DNA from: Stylophora pistillata
Lineage: Eukaryota
NCBI RefSeq assembly: GCF_002571385.2
Contig: NW_019217860.1
Span: 700,856-764,855 of the forward strand
Direction: 5' to 3'
Length of the DNA: 64,000 bases
In this document: positions 33,605 to 46,300 of the stretch, piece by piece
How positions within the stretch are numbered: the first letter of the stretch is position 1
Layout of the letters: every line of letters begins with the position of its first letter
The notes under the pieces: model-generated
Databases searched by the model: none
What the model was told of the DNA's origin: nothing
The model's input: only the letters and a program-made list of their open reading frames with translations
Translations under genes and position numbers: made by a program

Positions 33605-36600
33605 TTAGCGTTTTCCTCCAACACGAGGGGCCTTTGTCTGAACAGGTTTGGCTGCTTTCTGCTTCTGCCTGACAGGCTGTTGTTGCTGTGCCTGTAAGAA
33701 ATTGGGTTGTAAACATAAGCAGTCTGGTAGATGAGTGTGAAAAGTTCAAGTACAGTTTGTTCATTGTGAAACTTGCATGTCATAGACGATTACAATGTGT
33801 ACATTAATTCCTTTACTATTATTGCTATGTTACAAAAGCTAATGTCTTTGGAATCCTGAAACATAACTTGCAGTAATAGTAGAGCAGGGTAGTTGCTAAG
33901 CACTGGCTGCCTGTGAAATTTGCTTGGTAAAGCACAACAGGCACTTTTGAGGTTATGCACTTACAAGTAATGGACATAGAACCCTATATTCTGAAACAGA
34001 GGCTTAACTAACCTAAGTATTAGTGGCACTATCACAAGTAAACTGATTGAAATAGAACAATTTTTTCAGCTTTTTTTTTTTTATTGAGACTTCTTTGTTT
34101 CTTGCATCCACCATTTTGTTCACAAGAAACTGTGTAGTACCACATTCAAAAGTGTTGCAAAAGACTGGCAATGAAACGTCATCACAAGGCCAGGTCTCTC
34201 TTTGAGCTGCCTCGCTTTCAATTTCAGCTAGCAGCTTCACTGCTTAGTTACAACCCTGGCTAGAGAAAAGCCACTTAACTGTTTAAACCGTAAGAGTGAC
34301 CAACATCTTATTTCTCCCAATAATAACACTTCTGAATTATTCACCAAGACTATGAGGATAATGGAAATGACTGCCCATCTAAGAGGCTTTGATTGTTGAA
34401 CCAATTCTTCTTATCAGTACCAAAGGACATTTACAGGGCTCAACACTAACTTTTCAACCTACTAGCCAAGTGGCTAATGACAACTTAGATGTTATGACAA
34501 TTTCAGTTTGTTCACCAGCCAAACTGGCTGATGGAAATTGAAAACCACCAGTTTGAGCTAACCATTGAGCTCTATCCATTGAGCTAACCGCCTCCCAGTT
34601 AGCTCAATGGATAGAGCACTGCACTGTTAAGCAGGAGGTCGAGGTTTCAAGCCCCAGCCGGACCAACACTCAGGGTCTTAAAGTAATTGAGTAGAATATG
34701 CTACCTTTCTTTTACATCAAGAAATGGTTAGATATTCTAGTCTTCTCGGATAGGGATGGATAAATGGAGGTCCCATCTCCTGCAGAGTTAGGGGCAGGAG
34801 ACGTTAATTTCCCATGCACGAGATTACTGTGTGATGGATGTCCTCCCCTGGGGTGGGATGGGTGGGTTAATACAGCAGGTCCACATCAGCTAAGCTGCCA
34901 ATTAATCAACCTGCTTAATCAACCTACTTAATCAATCTGCTTAACACATTGACACTTACGTGTAACACGTGCCGACGAAAAGTCAAAATTTTGGAGAAAC
35001 CAAGAAGGCAAACACAATGCGCAGTAAATTTTTAAAAATCAGCTTTTCCAAAAAAAAGCTCCAGTGAAAGAGGACTAATTAAAGAACTTATTTCCGGCGA
35101 AAAAAGCGATAGGTGCATATTACGTTTTAACTCAAAAATCAAGATGAAAGATAAAAATCGCTAAATATTTTCGCATGTGTGAAAATAGGCATGTGGATCA
35201 TATTTCAAAAGGGAATATGCAAATTTGTCCATGAGTGAAGAGATCTCAAGTTTCATGGAATCTGTCAATAGGAAGCAAGACTAAAATGGCCAAGAAATAT
35301 TTCGGGACGTCAGATTTATTCAAAACAGTTTTTGATTTACTGTAATAAGCGAAAAACGTATGAATTTCTTACGTGTAAAAAGCCCATGCGGTAAAATTCA
35401 TCATGCTTGGATCGTTGTTTACTTGCCTTCGTGGCCAGAAATTGCGCAGCGTTATGGTGAAAATTCTGAAAAAACTTCGATTTGAGGCAAAATCTTCTAT
35501 TAAACTATACTTTTTGAACACCTTGTTACTCAAATATAATATTTACCGGGCCATTGAATCGTCAAATTGTCGCCAGGCCCTGCTTGAAGTCCGAAAGTTT
35601 GGTTTTCACTTTACGTCCATAATTCGCATCGCCTTAGAGAATCGTAATGTCGTTGACTTGAGAGCTTATTCTGTCACTTTTAAGACCTGGATATCCATTC
35701 TTTTCCAAGTAGAGTATTCTATAGCATTGTTACTTTACATTCTGAATTCCACAAGGTCTAACTCGATCGCAAATGAACGAAAAATCCGACCTGAAAATTT
35801 TGAGGGTCGGCCGCGTGGACGCCATATTTTCAAATTTGATCATTTAGTGAAGACGCATAGAGTAAAGCCCCTCTAGTACCCCCTAAAGTCGAAAAAATAT
35901 ATGCGCAAACAACGGATTCTGATTGGCTTATTGATCTCCAAACTATAGAGGAAGTTTGGGGACAAAACTCCACTTAGTATGGGAGGTAGGGGGAAAGCAT
36001 TCCTCGCGCGAGGCGATCGCGAAGTTCGGGCGGTTGAGGTGTCAATGGGACAAATAAATAAATACTAAAAATACTAAACTGAGTTTCTACTAGTCTGTGG
36101 CTAGTTGGCTACCATTTGTGTCTAGCCCTGATCTATACAGAAGGGTATGAATAATATAGATGCTGATGCTGGGGTGTAAAAGGCTGGTGTCACACATACC
36201 TTGAGAGTTTTCTTTTGTTGCTCTTTAGCCCTTGATTTCTCCTTTGCAGCCCTTTGGGAAAAAAATATAAGAATATTCTTTAAATTTGTAAAATAATACA
36301 AACTACTTAAATGTAGTTATGGTTACCTGTCCAGATCACTATTCTCAGAGTTTAGATGAGTTTCAAATCAGAGATTCTCCGTGAGAATCTCAAACAATGT
36401 AGGTAAATCTAATCATCATGGAATTGCCTGGACAACAAGGCTGCACTTTGATGTAGGTTCATGATTCTAAAGCAGTAATGACAAAGTGTCCTTTGTTTTA
36501 GAGAGTTCAGAGAAAAACCAGAACATCTCCTGTTCTTAAAAAAAAAATCTTCAATGCCTGCAAAGAATGCACTATTCAGATCCTCACAAGGAAAGACAAC

Positions 36601-36865
36601 AAAGTCATCACCAGGTTCAACAATTTCTCTACAGCTTTTTAAACAAAAACTTAGACAGGCCTCAAGGACATTAGATCGCATTCAATTCGAAAAGGAGGCC
36701 CGTGTGATAACATCAAAGCAAACGGATTTTTTATACTTTTAAGTCCTTGAAATTTCTTTACTTTTTCCTTAGAATTGTCCATATATTTAAGTAGTTCCTT
36801 TTTAGTTCCTGGCAGGTCCACACCAGCCTTTGGGTTGCCACAAACCGACCTGCCTTAACAAAAAT

Positions 36866-36897
<32 letters not shown>

Positions 36898-37756
36898 TGT
36901 ACCCTTCCTTCAATCAGCAAACAATGGAAATTACTTTGGCAAGTTCTTGCCACTTCTCCCCAAATTTTATGTGTTCTTTCCAGATTTGAAAGAATTATAT
37001 TTAACCAAAACAAGCTGTGTATTGAACTACAGTATATGGTTACAATAAAAGAAACTGCAAAAAGAAAAGGTCCAGTCTTTTGTGTTTAATAGTCAACCAA
37101 ATGGACAAAATCCACTGAATAGTAGGAACTTTACTGGACTAAATTTACCCTTAAAACCAACCTGATGGCTTGTTCACGCTGGGCTTTTCTGACTTCAGGT
37201 TTCTGGTTCCGCTTGGCCAAGATGTTCTCAAGAGTTGCCCCCTGGACTGAACGCTGGAACTTGACATTACGTCTGGTTCTCTTTTTGGAGACCTCCTCTG
37301 TCGTACCCTTCTTATGCTTTCGCCTATAAAGCACAGTCCACGTAATCTTACGGGGATTGCGGCGCATTAACAAGGCTCGCTCGCATTTCTTGTTAAGGAA
37401 GTTGAAGACCTTAAAGTAAAACAGAACAAATCTTGCTTAAGTGACCATTAGCAGGGTTCCAATAACTTTTTCCATAAGCTGCTACCAATGAAGTAATACA
37501 TATTATTAAAAACTAGATCATTGGATAATGCAATTCAAGACTTTCTTTTTATTGGCTTAGCCATTATGGTATATTAGCCAATATACCATAATCTACAAAT
37601 ATAGTTAGCATACACGTCAGCTTAAAATCAAAAGGGAGCTAAAAAATCCTGTTTCTTCTTACAAAATAATAATTTTTTGGAGGTGTTTTTAATAAAACAC
37701 TTATTCCACTCACGCTTGTTGGATATGAGATGATTATAGCCAACTCAGTGCTACGG

Positions 37757-37790
<34 letters not shown>

Positions 37791-38922
37791 TGCGCTCGTG
37801 GAATAATTGTTAATTATACCACAATTGCCCGTAATTCTGCCATCTGACTGGCCAATTTACCATTGTCGATAAGAGTACAGACAATTCTGCTGACATCAAC
37901 ATCATAAAAAACAAGTTGATAGTGGTTTAACATGCAGGATTGTACTTTTATCTCCAACAACATTCATCATTGCAGTGGCAAAAATTTGTTGCAGACTCAC
38001 AAGGCACAGCCTCATGAGTCTAAAACATTTTTATTGTTTTAAACAGCTCTTCAAAACTTCACAAGAAAGGCTCGCTTCTTCTTTTTAATTTACTTTCTTT
38101 AACAACACAACTAAAGGACTCTCACCACACCACTGTCTGACACAGAATGGAGAGTAAGAAAGGTAGCCACTCCGATTGCAGCATTTGGAACAAAATGTTA
38201 TTAGATTAGCACCTGCTATGAGTTCTACTTCTTTTTGTCACAAATGCAACCATTTAATTTACATGTAGCTCTATATTCTGTAGTTGCTCCATAGAAATAA
38301 CATTAAAAGCTAGAAGTACAGAGACACACTCAACTGTTGGAAAATCTTCTCTAACATGCAAGAAAACAGACTAAAGAAACTTTGAATCGAATATACTCGT
38401 GAGTGTACTTCCTCGATGCAGTTACACTTCTGAATCATTTATGCGAAAATCTGACCATTATCTACTATACTTGTAATATATGACTTTATGACAGAACATA
38501 CCTTTCCATCCAGCCTGATATACCTCTTGCCATGGCCAGGGTAGATCTTGTACCCACTGTAGTTGCACAACTCGAGCCTAGGAAGTAGGACCAAATTTCA
38601 TATTTTAAGTCAAAATGAAGAATCATTTCAGCATATATTAAGCCAAAAAGATGTACCATCTGTTAGGCTATGATTACTAGATGAACATTATTGTAAAATA
38701 ATAACCATATAGGACGCTATCAATCAGACACAAGTAGTATTCCTAGTATGATAGTATAACAAAGAAAACAAGCAAAATATCACAAGTCAGTGGTTATAAT
38801 TTCAATTTTATCCACAGAATTGAAACTAAGATACTTTTAGTAGCTTCGTATGGTTGATTTATGTTCTCATATAGTAGATAAATGTCCGGATGGCAGAGGA
38901 TTTTGAAGATTACTTACTTCAT
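33605..38922 (-). CDS. RPL24: 60S ribosomal protein L24 (eL24), 155 aa; exons 38922-38918, 38577-38502, 37409-37162, 36251-36200, 33691-33605
   Basis: [38 protein letters not shown]...[19 protein letters not shown]...APRVGGKR*. Confidence 0.97.
34587..34905 (+). mobile_element. tRNA-derived SINE
   Basis: tagctcaatggatagagc...ggtttcaagcccc head followed by a ggaccaacactcagggtcttaa body. Confidence 0.7.
34945..36049. mobile_element. piggyBac-like non-autonomous element
   Basis: Follows TTAA; termini cacattgacac...gtgtcaatggg. Confidence 0.5.
36341..36424 (-). ncRNA. Intronic box C/D snoRNA, U34/SNORD34 (snR62)-like
   Basis: C box ATGATGA, D box CTGA and terminal stem attc/gaat. The guide TTACCTACATTGTT is complementary to conserved 28S rRNA AACAAUGUAGGUAA. 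It lies about 90 nt upstream of the 3' splice site. Confidence 0.85.
36867..36901. repeat. (TATG)n microsatellite
   Basis: Directly visible. Confidence 0.95.
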
Positions 38923-39080
38923 CGTTAAACGATGATTATTTTGGTGGAAGAGAAGGAATTAAGGTGCGCATGAGCACTAAGACACTTCTGTGAGGCGAAG
39001 AGCATTATGGGAATCTCAATAGGGCGGCTTTGTAGACGATCAATTAGCAAACATTCTTAACGCGATTTTATAGAAGATAC
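38923..39080. promoter_or_regulatory. Compact bidirectional promoter RPL24/CCDC28
   Basis: 158 bp separate the two ATGs. There is a TOP/TCT-like pyrimidine tract on the minus strand (38946-38958), an NRF1-like TGCGCATG near 38964, and a Staf/ZNF143-like TTCCCATAATGC (minus strand, 39002-39013). Confidence 0.7.
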
Positions 39081-39485
39081 ATGGATAAGAGTATGGAAGG
39101 TCAAGGTAGCAGTAAAGCTAAACCAAGAGAGGCTAAAGAAAGTGAGAAGTCACAGGTTAAAGCCACTTCGAAAATGCAAGAACATTCTTTTTTAACAGAC
39201 AGAACGGACGTGAAACAAATGGAGAAAGGACTGTTAGATCTTATGCATGATTTCAATCACGGCAAACTTTATGCGTTTGGTAGGGACTGTACAATCGAGA
39301 AGATGGATAAAGTACGCGAACTTCAGGAACATTTGGCTCAACTTCACTTTGAACTTGATAATATGACAGAGGGATTTGGAGATGAAGAGGAGCCAAGAAG
39401 CGGCGGCAATCTAGAGAAATTAATGAAGAATTTAGAGACTCTAAGTTCGACCGTTCAGAGCTTGCATCAAGAAAGCTCTTCTTGA
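39081..39485 (+). CDS. CCDC28: Coiled-coil domain-containing protein 28 (CCDC28A/B family), single exon
   Basis: HSFLTD..DVKQMEKGLLDLMHDFNHGKLYAFG..C..EKMDKVRELQEHLAQLHFEL matches the conserved family core. Confidence 0.88.
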   Translation: MDKSMEGQGSSKAKPREAKESEKSQVKATSKMQEHSFLTDRTDVKQMEKGLLDLMHDFNHGKLYAFGRDCTIEKMDKVRELQEHLAQLHFELDNMTEGFGDEEEPRSGGNLEKLMKNLETLSSTVQSLHQESSS

Positions 39486-40510
39486 TATGAACTGGAGAAT
39501 TAGGTGTATCATTAAAGACACAGTGAGAGCACAAATTGGAGTGCTTCTTAGTACGTGCACAAAAGTGCACTTAGTAATAATAACATTATTTTGTTTGGTT
39601 GTTGGGCTTTCGATCTACCCTGCGAGCAGAGCCTTTTTAAGCTCCTCGGAGGGTTAAAAAGAAGAAAAGATGAAGAAAAGGCGCTGATCACAGAGTACTT
39701 TTGATCTGAACTTTCTTTTCAATATCTACTCCCATCTGCGTTGACAAGATATTCTTAAGGGGGTTTACAATCTATTTTCAAATTACAGTTTTCAAAGAAA
39801 CAACAAAGGCCAATTTTTGGGCAAATTTTAAACCTTTACCATTGATTTAGGGTGATAAATTTATGTAATCAAGTAGATACCAAAATTGGGTGTACGAGAC
39901 CCTGTTTGTCAGAGGGACTAGGATTTTTCACTAAAAATATAGGTAGAAGGTAATGAATTGCATTTAAAAAGAATGTTGTGGTGATGAATATTTAGGTACT
40001 ATAGCCAAGAACAGTAGTAATTTATACAGTATCTTGTCATTTGATATTGTAATAAATAATGTTACTTTGTATGGATTTTTTCAGTCATTTCCTCTCCTTT
40101 TCCTGCTGGGTAAAGCCTTACTGACATTGTAACTTAAATTATTGATAGAGCTTATTCCAGTTTCTGTTTTAACACTTCATACTCTAATTAAGTGCTCTTT
40201 AGTTGGTGATCATTTCCTTTATTCTCCTGACCTTAATGTGTGATTCAGGGCTGATATTGTAAGGAAAAATTAGATGTTGGTCACTTATTGGGGTCTGAGG
40301 ATTAAGGTACTGTGTCATGGCAAATACAAGTGGAGATCAGGACATACATGGAACCACAAAATTATGAACGATAACTACTGTCAGCTTCATTTGCTCTCCA
40401 AAAAACAACAGGTTTGGGGAAAAACAATTCTCTGAGTTTGAAATTCTTCTTAAATATCTTTTGGTTCAATGTATATATGAAGTTCATATATTTTGAAGTG
40501 CGGTATTAGA

Positions 40511-40818
40511 TACGTATGATGCATGATCCTTGCAGTAGAGAGCGCTATTTATGCAATAGCGAAAATCAAACCTGAAAAAAAATCAGGCCTGGGGATTCGA
40601 ACCACTGACCTCTGCGATATTAGTGCAGCGCTCTACCAATTGAGCTAACAAGCCAACTGGGAGCAGGCAGTTGGCTTGTTAGCTCAATTGGTAGAGCGCT
40701 GCACTAGTATCGCAGAGGTCAGTGGTTCGAATCCCATACAGGCCTGATTTTTTTCAGGTCTGATTTTCGCTATTGCATAAATAGCGCTCTCTACTGCGAG
40801 GATCATGCATCAAACGTA
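40511..40818. mobile_element. Head-to-head inverted pair of tRNA-derived SINE-like repeats
   Basis: 40511-40660 is approximately the reverse complement of 40668-40818. Same family as 5371-5607. Confidence 0.8.
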
Positions 40819-42486
40819 AATATCTTTTATTTAATGATTTAAAACTGGTACAGTCACATGCTAAATCACTAATAATAAACTCTTGTATAGAAAAATTGGT
40901 GATAGCTTCAAATGGTCTCTAAGAAGCTCTTAGATTAATTTTTATTTCTATGAACTAAAAACCTAACTAGGGGCCTAGCCAGCCTGTAGGTCTAGTCCTA
41001 TTTCTTCCACCTGCTTGAGTTTTACAATATGACTCTTGCAAACATTGAAATAAAAGTTGAACTTTCTTAGGCTATGCCCCTGCTAACCTAACATTTACCC
41101 ACAATGCACCTTATTAGAAAAAGTCAAATGCTAACAAAGAAATAGGTAATGAGAACAGACACGACCCCTAATTCAGAATAATCTTCCCCTCATCTTTACT
41201 TTTTCCATAAATAAAGAAAATACTCTGACTGAAAAATACTGTACAACTTCAACACAACAAATGGCTATTATCATAATCACTTTGCATTTCTCTGCTAGTT
41301 TGGAACATTAAACTCCCATCAATAATGTGATGGAATTGTATTGCTTGCTTGTCTCATCGCATTGCATTCAAATTGCGACGATAGTTCTTATAATGATTAA
41401 TATATAGATTTAGCCAAGCCTAAAAGCGGAGCTCCCAAGTTCGTAATGTTAATGATAACATAAAAGAGGTGCATTTGCCAAGACTCGCCTGAGACACCCC
41501 TCCCTTCATTTTGATAGTCTCCCCCACCCTACCTGTGCATTCTGAAGGCCCGTACGTACACACGCTCAGTCAGTCACGTGACAACCAAATTAAAAGAGGT
41601 TGACCATATTCCAGGGGTATGGGGCTCTGCCCCATGCGCTTTGTGCGCATGGGAGCCCCGCTACAGATTTATAAAAATGAAAGATAGGATTTTGTTTGTT
41701 CAATGCTTTTCTTACCAAATTAAAATAAGAAAATGAAAAAATGTGTACCCCCCTCCTTTTTATTTAGTCCATTTTGGAAAAAAAAGTCAATTATGATGCA
41801 AAGAAATCAAAGTTACTCAATGCATATCATAAAAAATTAATTCTTTATGTACACAAGATCACTTATTGAAGAGATGCTTAAAAAATCCCTAATGACCCCA
41901 GAGAGATTCTTTCACATTTTTTTTTTTAATCTATTGCATGTAAAACTGAGAATTAAAATTTACAGCTAGTCATAAAGGGTTTTGTTCCAAGCACCAAACT
42001 GTTACAGTAATTATTAGAAAGTACTTTTGGTGACATGGTCTCTTCTTTCTAATGACATCCCTTCAGAGGAGTGGCAAGATATAAAAATACACCTCTTTGT
42101 CCCTTTATCCCCACAATCTAATAATCAATCCTCCCCACTGCTTGCCATATATTTCCTTTTTAATTAAACAGCAGAATTTGGTCCTATATCAAGAAAACAC
42201 CCTCTTGCTGATAAGCTTGTCAGTTCTCACAACCTTTCAGTGATGCAGCAAAAGTAAGCCAGGTTAGTAAGTAATTGGCAGCCTGTGCAGACAAAATCTC
42301 TATTCTTTCTGGCTTTCTAGTAGGTAAACTTTGCAACCCAAGTATTGTTGCTGGGTTGATAGCAAGTCAAGGTGACTGAGAGTTCAGACATTGTGTCTGT
42401 CTTACAAAAAGTCTGTAGTTTCAATCCACCTTCAGTGAACATCAACATACTATCAGTGTCTTTTGACAAGTTTTGTGTCCTATTAC

Positions 42487-43292
42487 TTAAATTGGTTTGT
42501 ACAGCAATGTTGAAACATATTTCTCCCTAAAGCGATGTGTTCCACTTAATGTCATAACACCATCCTAGAAAAGAGAATAAGTCTGTTTTAGTTCAATATC
42601 CAGCAAATGTAGTTAAAATTTAAATGATTAAAATAGGTTGTAGCTATCTATCATGGAGGAGTCACTTGTGGTGAGGTATAATAATTTCTCTCACAGTGTA
42701 GGAACTTGTATCAATCACAACATTTCAACTGCATATTACTAAGCTAGTAGTATGTAATTGAAAAATCACAATCCACATTTATTAGAAGAGATAAAGTACA
42801 AATTAGAGTTTCATTTTCACCCCATTGCAGGTTAGAACTACTTTCAATTGTTCTTTTGTCTTCAGAATGTTTATTCTACTTTACGTTAGTAAATAATTGT
42901 TTATCTCTCTGCATTGGCCAAATTACTACCACTGTATAATGTTAACGTAACCTGGAGTACTGGACACCTTGTATCAAGCAGACTTTAGAGAGAGTGCTGC
43001 CATTGTCAGTTTAAGGAGTGATTAAGAAGTAATTTCTTCTCACAATGTCAACACACCATCAAAGAGACAGGTGAGGAGAATTAGAAATTTATCAGCGAGG
43101 ATATCATTTGATTTGACACTGAATTCCCCTAATCTAAGAAACATATTAATTAAGGAAGACTTTGGGGAGAATTGCTCTGGAGATATCAGGAGAGAAAAGG
43201 TTTAAAACTGAGTCTGAAAATCTCCAGCATAAAGTTTTAAAGGAAAACTGAGAATAAAAAGTATATTAAGATACATACACACATTAAAACAA

Positions 43293-43334
<42 letters not shown>

Positions 43335-46300
43335 CTATATATATTACCACAGACAATTATGAACATACCTTGATAGAGAGTGCATATAAGTGATTTAGTG
43401 ACACATGATTTGGTTCTGGCAAAAGGGAAGGATCATTGTGATCCACTACATCTTTGTTGAGTATTACATGGAGAAGGTGAGGTGGAAGAACTGGAGGTAC
43501 ACTGGAGTGCATGCCATCTTGCACAATAACTGGGTTGTGATGCGATGGGATTAGTTGGCCGTAGGAACCAGGAGGAGATCCTGATACTGATTCTAAAAGA
43601 AAAAAATTAAATTTACCTTAGATAAAAAAAATTCTTTCTTGACATAAAAACATAATGATGATACAGGCGACAAATAATCAGTTTCAGTCCAAAAGAGGAA
43701 GAATTCAAACATGATTACTTCTTTGGCTCCAACGAGTGACCAACACAGAATTTCTCCTTACATTATCAACACAATATCAAGCAGCCGAGTGGTGAGAATA
43801 GAAAAAAATGTCAATTAGGGGATGATTAGTCGATCAAATGCCAAATTCTCCCAACTTACCCCAACTTACATTATAAAAGACCTTCTGACAGGGTGCGCGG
43901 GTGCACAATTCGGTCAAGGCTGCTAGCGTTGTGGCTTTCTTATTCAAAGTGAAAAAAAGGAATGTTTATTCTTGGCATTTACAGGACGAATGGGTCGTCA
44001 GATATTAAGACTTTCGTAAATAGTGGTGGAATAAGAAAACACGGCTTCCATCGACAGTAACTTTTACTGGCAAACTCAAATTATGGGGCGATCTTGAGTG
44101 TTTTCGTTGAGCTCTTTCGATCGCTTTGACGAACAGAGAATTGCTTCAAAATAGGTTCTAAAGTTCAGTCAATAAGATAAAAATCATTCAAAGTAAAATC
44201 TAGAGGTCATTTAGCCATTACAGGAGGAATTTCAAATTGATATTACAAGAAAAGGTATGATTTATGAGGAGAACCCAATGTTTAGTTTAACAGGGAGTGG
44301 GATACAAAATATTTTGTTTGACGCAAGATTATGCAATTCCGCATGATTAACTTTTTCTCCTGCACAATTCGCCTCCAAAAAACTGCACAATTTTCATTTT
44401 TTTCCTGCACCCTATCAGAGGGCCAGTCATAAGATCTGTATGATAGGCAGTATATATATCTTATTAACCAAGCGCGAGGGCCGTACTGGGAGAATATTGG
44501 CCCGAGGTCTTGACAGTACAGACCAAGCGCAGCGAGGTCCGTACAAAAAAGACCGAGGGCCGATGTTCTTCCAGTATGGTCCTGAGCAAGCTTGGTTAAT
44601 AAGAGATTTATTATACGATTGAAGTTCAAAGGGATACAAGTGCGGTGTCATTCAGAACCATTCGGGACAGTGCCCGGTCCAATACTTAGAGAATATTGAC
44701 CGGCAATAGCGCATTTTGATTGGTTGATTTTAGTTATTGGCCCTCTGACTGCCCGAGTCGTGTAATAAAGAGAATTATCACTGAGATCTTGGGAGTGAAA
44801 GTATTACTCACTGATTGATCCAGCTGAACCGATACTTGCACTGGCATCAGACTCCAGAGCTTGAAACACTTCAAAGTCAGACTTCTTAACATTGATCACG
44901 TTGTTTCTACCTCCAAAATTGTCATTTGTGGTTGGCTAGTAAAATGAAAAATTAAAACAAGAAGATCCTAGTTTTATTTTAGTTTCTGAATTATCATTAT
45001 TAATAACAGATACTGATTGTTTTCCTTTTCAGGCAGTAATCAGTAAAAATTACCACTGTGACAGTTCTTGCAGCTTAATGATCTGGTGCTGAAATTACAT
45101 TCTACTTTTTTCTTTCCTTTGCCACCATTACTTCCCTGAAGGTCTCCCCCTCACATGTAATTTTCACTCTCCCATATTGAATTTTGAGAGATTTTCCCTC
45201 ATTTTCCCTACAATGGCACTTTAAACTTTATACCGATGAGAGAGACTTCACACTCAGCCTCGTTCTTGCCGCATAATTTCAGCACCAAATCACTGAATGG
45301 CAAGAACTTTGAAGAGGCTTATTGGAAAGACAATTGCTCTTTAAAGTTCTACAAGTTGGAAAATTTATTTTCGCTGACACGCTTAGAATAAGGGCGAACA
45401 CTATTGATCAAAACTACATAAAGCCTAACTTGAACTCCTACTGGACAATGTGAATAGCCAATTGGTGTGTCTTTCTTGTGACCAAAACCAAGTTATTCCT
45501 TGGAGCGGGTCACCAAAATTTTAGGACTCTCAAAAATGCATGCAACCCCAATTTGGTCAAACAGTTTGGTCTTATGACCATAAATAAATAATCCTAGTGC
45601 TGCTATCCACCCTGATAAGATCATTTTGCCTCATCAAATATACACTTACAGCATTTGGGTCATGGATCCAGCGGCCATCCACACAAAACTTGTACTCGTG
45701 CTCCCCCTCGGGCAGTTCAAGTATGGCTGAGAATTCTCCTTGGCTACAAAGAGAGACAGAGATATCTTCACTAAATAAATTTACTCATTGAAGGCGTACA
45801 TAACAAGGCCTGGTCAGGAGTCAAAAGGAAAAAAAATCACTAGCTAGCAAAGGAAATCTGCTCACAAATCAACCAAAGTGAATAGTTTGAAATCAAAGGA
45901 TGGTTACATGTATATTTGGAAAAAAAAAGTCTAGCATCTACTGTTGACAATCTAAATAGTTACTACTCAGACTTGATATTTACTGACCTAAGATTCATTG
46001 GAATTCTTGTTTTCCAATCATTAAAACTTCCAGAGAGTAAGACTTCTCTGCCACCATGTTCCCAACCAAACACTGTTGGCACAGTCCTCTTTAGCGGAGG
46101 CTCTGGTTCCATGAGGTCATCATCGAAATCAAACTCACTTTGATCATCAAAATCTGACTCTTTTGCTAAAATAAAATCACAGACAAATTGAACTTTTTCA
46201 GTAAAAGATAAAAAAGAAAGCTACCACTCCACATATAAAACCCATTCTCTTTGTCACCAAGGATGATCCTCGCCAAGAGTTTTCGCTGAACAGTTGTCGC

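Larger units (their letters stand above)
34434..36130. mobile_element. Non-autonomous DNA element (CAGGGCT...AGCCCTG termini, hAT-like) with nested insertions, in the last RPL24 intron
   Basis: Terminal inverted ends with tagcca/tggcta subterminal motifs. It interrupts an older repeat at about 34276-36185. No clean TSD was seen. Confidence 0.55.

Noticed and set aside
34066-34200. Possible second C/D snoRNA in an RPL24 intron (GTGATGA on the minus strand)
   Set aside because: No D box is paired with a terminal stem and no rRNA guide was recognised.
35403-35876. 157-aa ORF
   Set aside because: It lies inside a non-autonomous repeat and has no transposase or other recognisable motifs.
38240-38370. 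Possible H/ACA snoRNA hairpin in RPL24 intron 2
   Set aside because: A hairpin ending in ACA is present, but no H box or convincing 5' hairpin was seen.
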